From positions 1,298 to 65,297 of the forward strand of contig DBGEDL010000056.1 of the NCBI GenBank assembly GCA_048375035.1: DNA of 64,000 nt. Reading direction: 5' to 3'. Source of the DNA: Collinsella sp. Lineage in GTDB: Bacteria > Actinomycetota > Coriobacteriia > Coriobacteriales > Coriobacteriaceae. This document shows positions 63,400 through 64,000 of the stretch, one piece after another. The notes under the pieces were generated by a model, which worked only from the letters and a program-made list of their open reading frames with translations, searched no databases and was not told the origin of the DNA. The position numbers were made by a program, and so were the translations under genes. The stretch's first letter is position 1, and each line of letters opens with the position of its first letter.

Positions 63400-64000
63400 C
63401 ACAAACTCCCTCTGCTTTCGGTGACTTCTGCAGAGGATTATCGCACGAGAGGGCAGATGGCGTGGGGCGCGATTCCAGCGACCGCCCATCATACGCCCCG
63501 TCTCGATCGGTAGCTTCATCCGAGGGCCAACGGCGGGCTCGCTCACCAGGTACGAGAGGGACACGGTCCAGAGGATGTTGGAGCGCGGGGCCTCATGCAA
63601 GCCGATTGTGAGGAGTCTGGGCAGGTCGCCTTCGATGGCGAACTCTGAGGTCTTAGAAGGCGGGCTGCTGTGCGGCTTGAGGAACGATCTCGGCGGGCAG
63701 GAAGTGGCGGCGTGGCAGAACTGGCAGTTCGACAAATACGGAGATCGAAAACTCCGCAGAGGTTTCGCCGGAGGCCAATTGCTTTTCACGCTGCCGTCGC
63801 TTGCGGGTGTTTTCAAGCGGGTGAAGCTAGCGGGTCGTCGACACCTTCATGTCCCGCACGATGTAGTTCATAGTGCGGTAAATTTGCATGCGCAGTTTTA
63901 TCGCGCAGATGAATTCATGATAGGTGAATCTGATCTGTGCCCCCGTCCTGCGGTATGTGACGTAGTCCGGCCTCGCCCCGTTTATATTTCGACCTTAAGG

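Overview
High-GC bacterial chromosomal segment. Gene content (many LuxR/hybrid-kinase regulators, an LAxTG-type surface protein, Clostridia-like redox cassettes) suggests a Coriobacteriia-like gut actinobacterium; this is inference only, with no rRNA or tRNA in the window to anchor it. I support about 57 protein-coding genes by reading the ORF track and hand-translating gaps. They include a GyrB/ParE plus GyrA/ParC-type topoisomerase pair (left edge), a DUF3825-like protein, a 1450-aa wall-anchored surface protein, an OmpR/HK pair next to a CXXC-micropeptide/polyferredoxin/TlpA cassette and a fused MacB-type ABC transporter. Further genes are two MgtA-type P-type ATPases flanking a receiver-less OmpR-type regulator, tRNA/rRNA modification enzymes (Dus, TrmO, RlmA, RsmJ, TrmL), two SBP-linked hybrid histidine kinases, a K+ channel, LOG, ClC, an EFR1-type ferredoxin and a ytrA-like GntR/ABC operon. 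The right half carries prfC, a YhhQ-type queuosine-precursor transporter, ung, DMT/LysR/MATE genes, a TetM/EF-G-like GTPase, an ORC-like ATPase coupled to a UvrA paralogue, and a COG0523/ArsC-like/Isf-like cluster. Three small genes missing from the ORF track were found by eye (48, 51 and 47 codons). Most long ORFs antisense to these genes are GC-driven shadows and were rejected. The signal no known feature class explains is at 43050-43345. It is a 4 x 80 bp array made of eight near-invariant 15-mers in strictly alternating orientation with 25-26 nt diverged gaps, upstream of prfC, with one extra 14/15 copy 7.5 kb away. The window also carries at least three dispersed palindromic repeat families, one of which donates stop codons to genes, a 182-bp MITE-like long inverted repeat, and a candidate preQ1-I riboswitch. 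No CRISPR array, cas gene, transposase, integrase, rRNA or tRNA was found.
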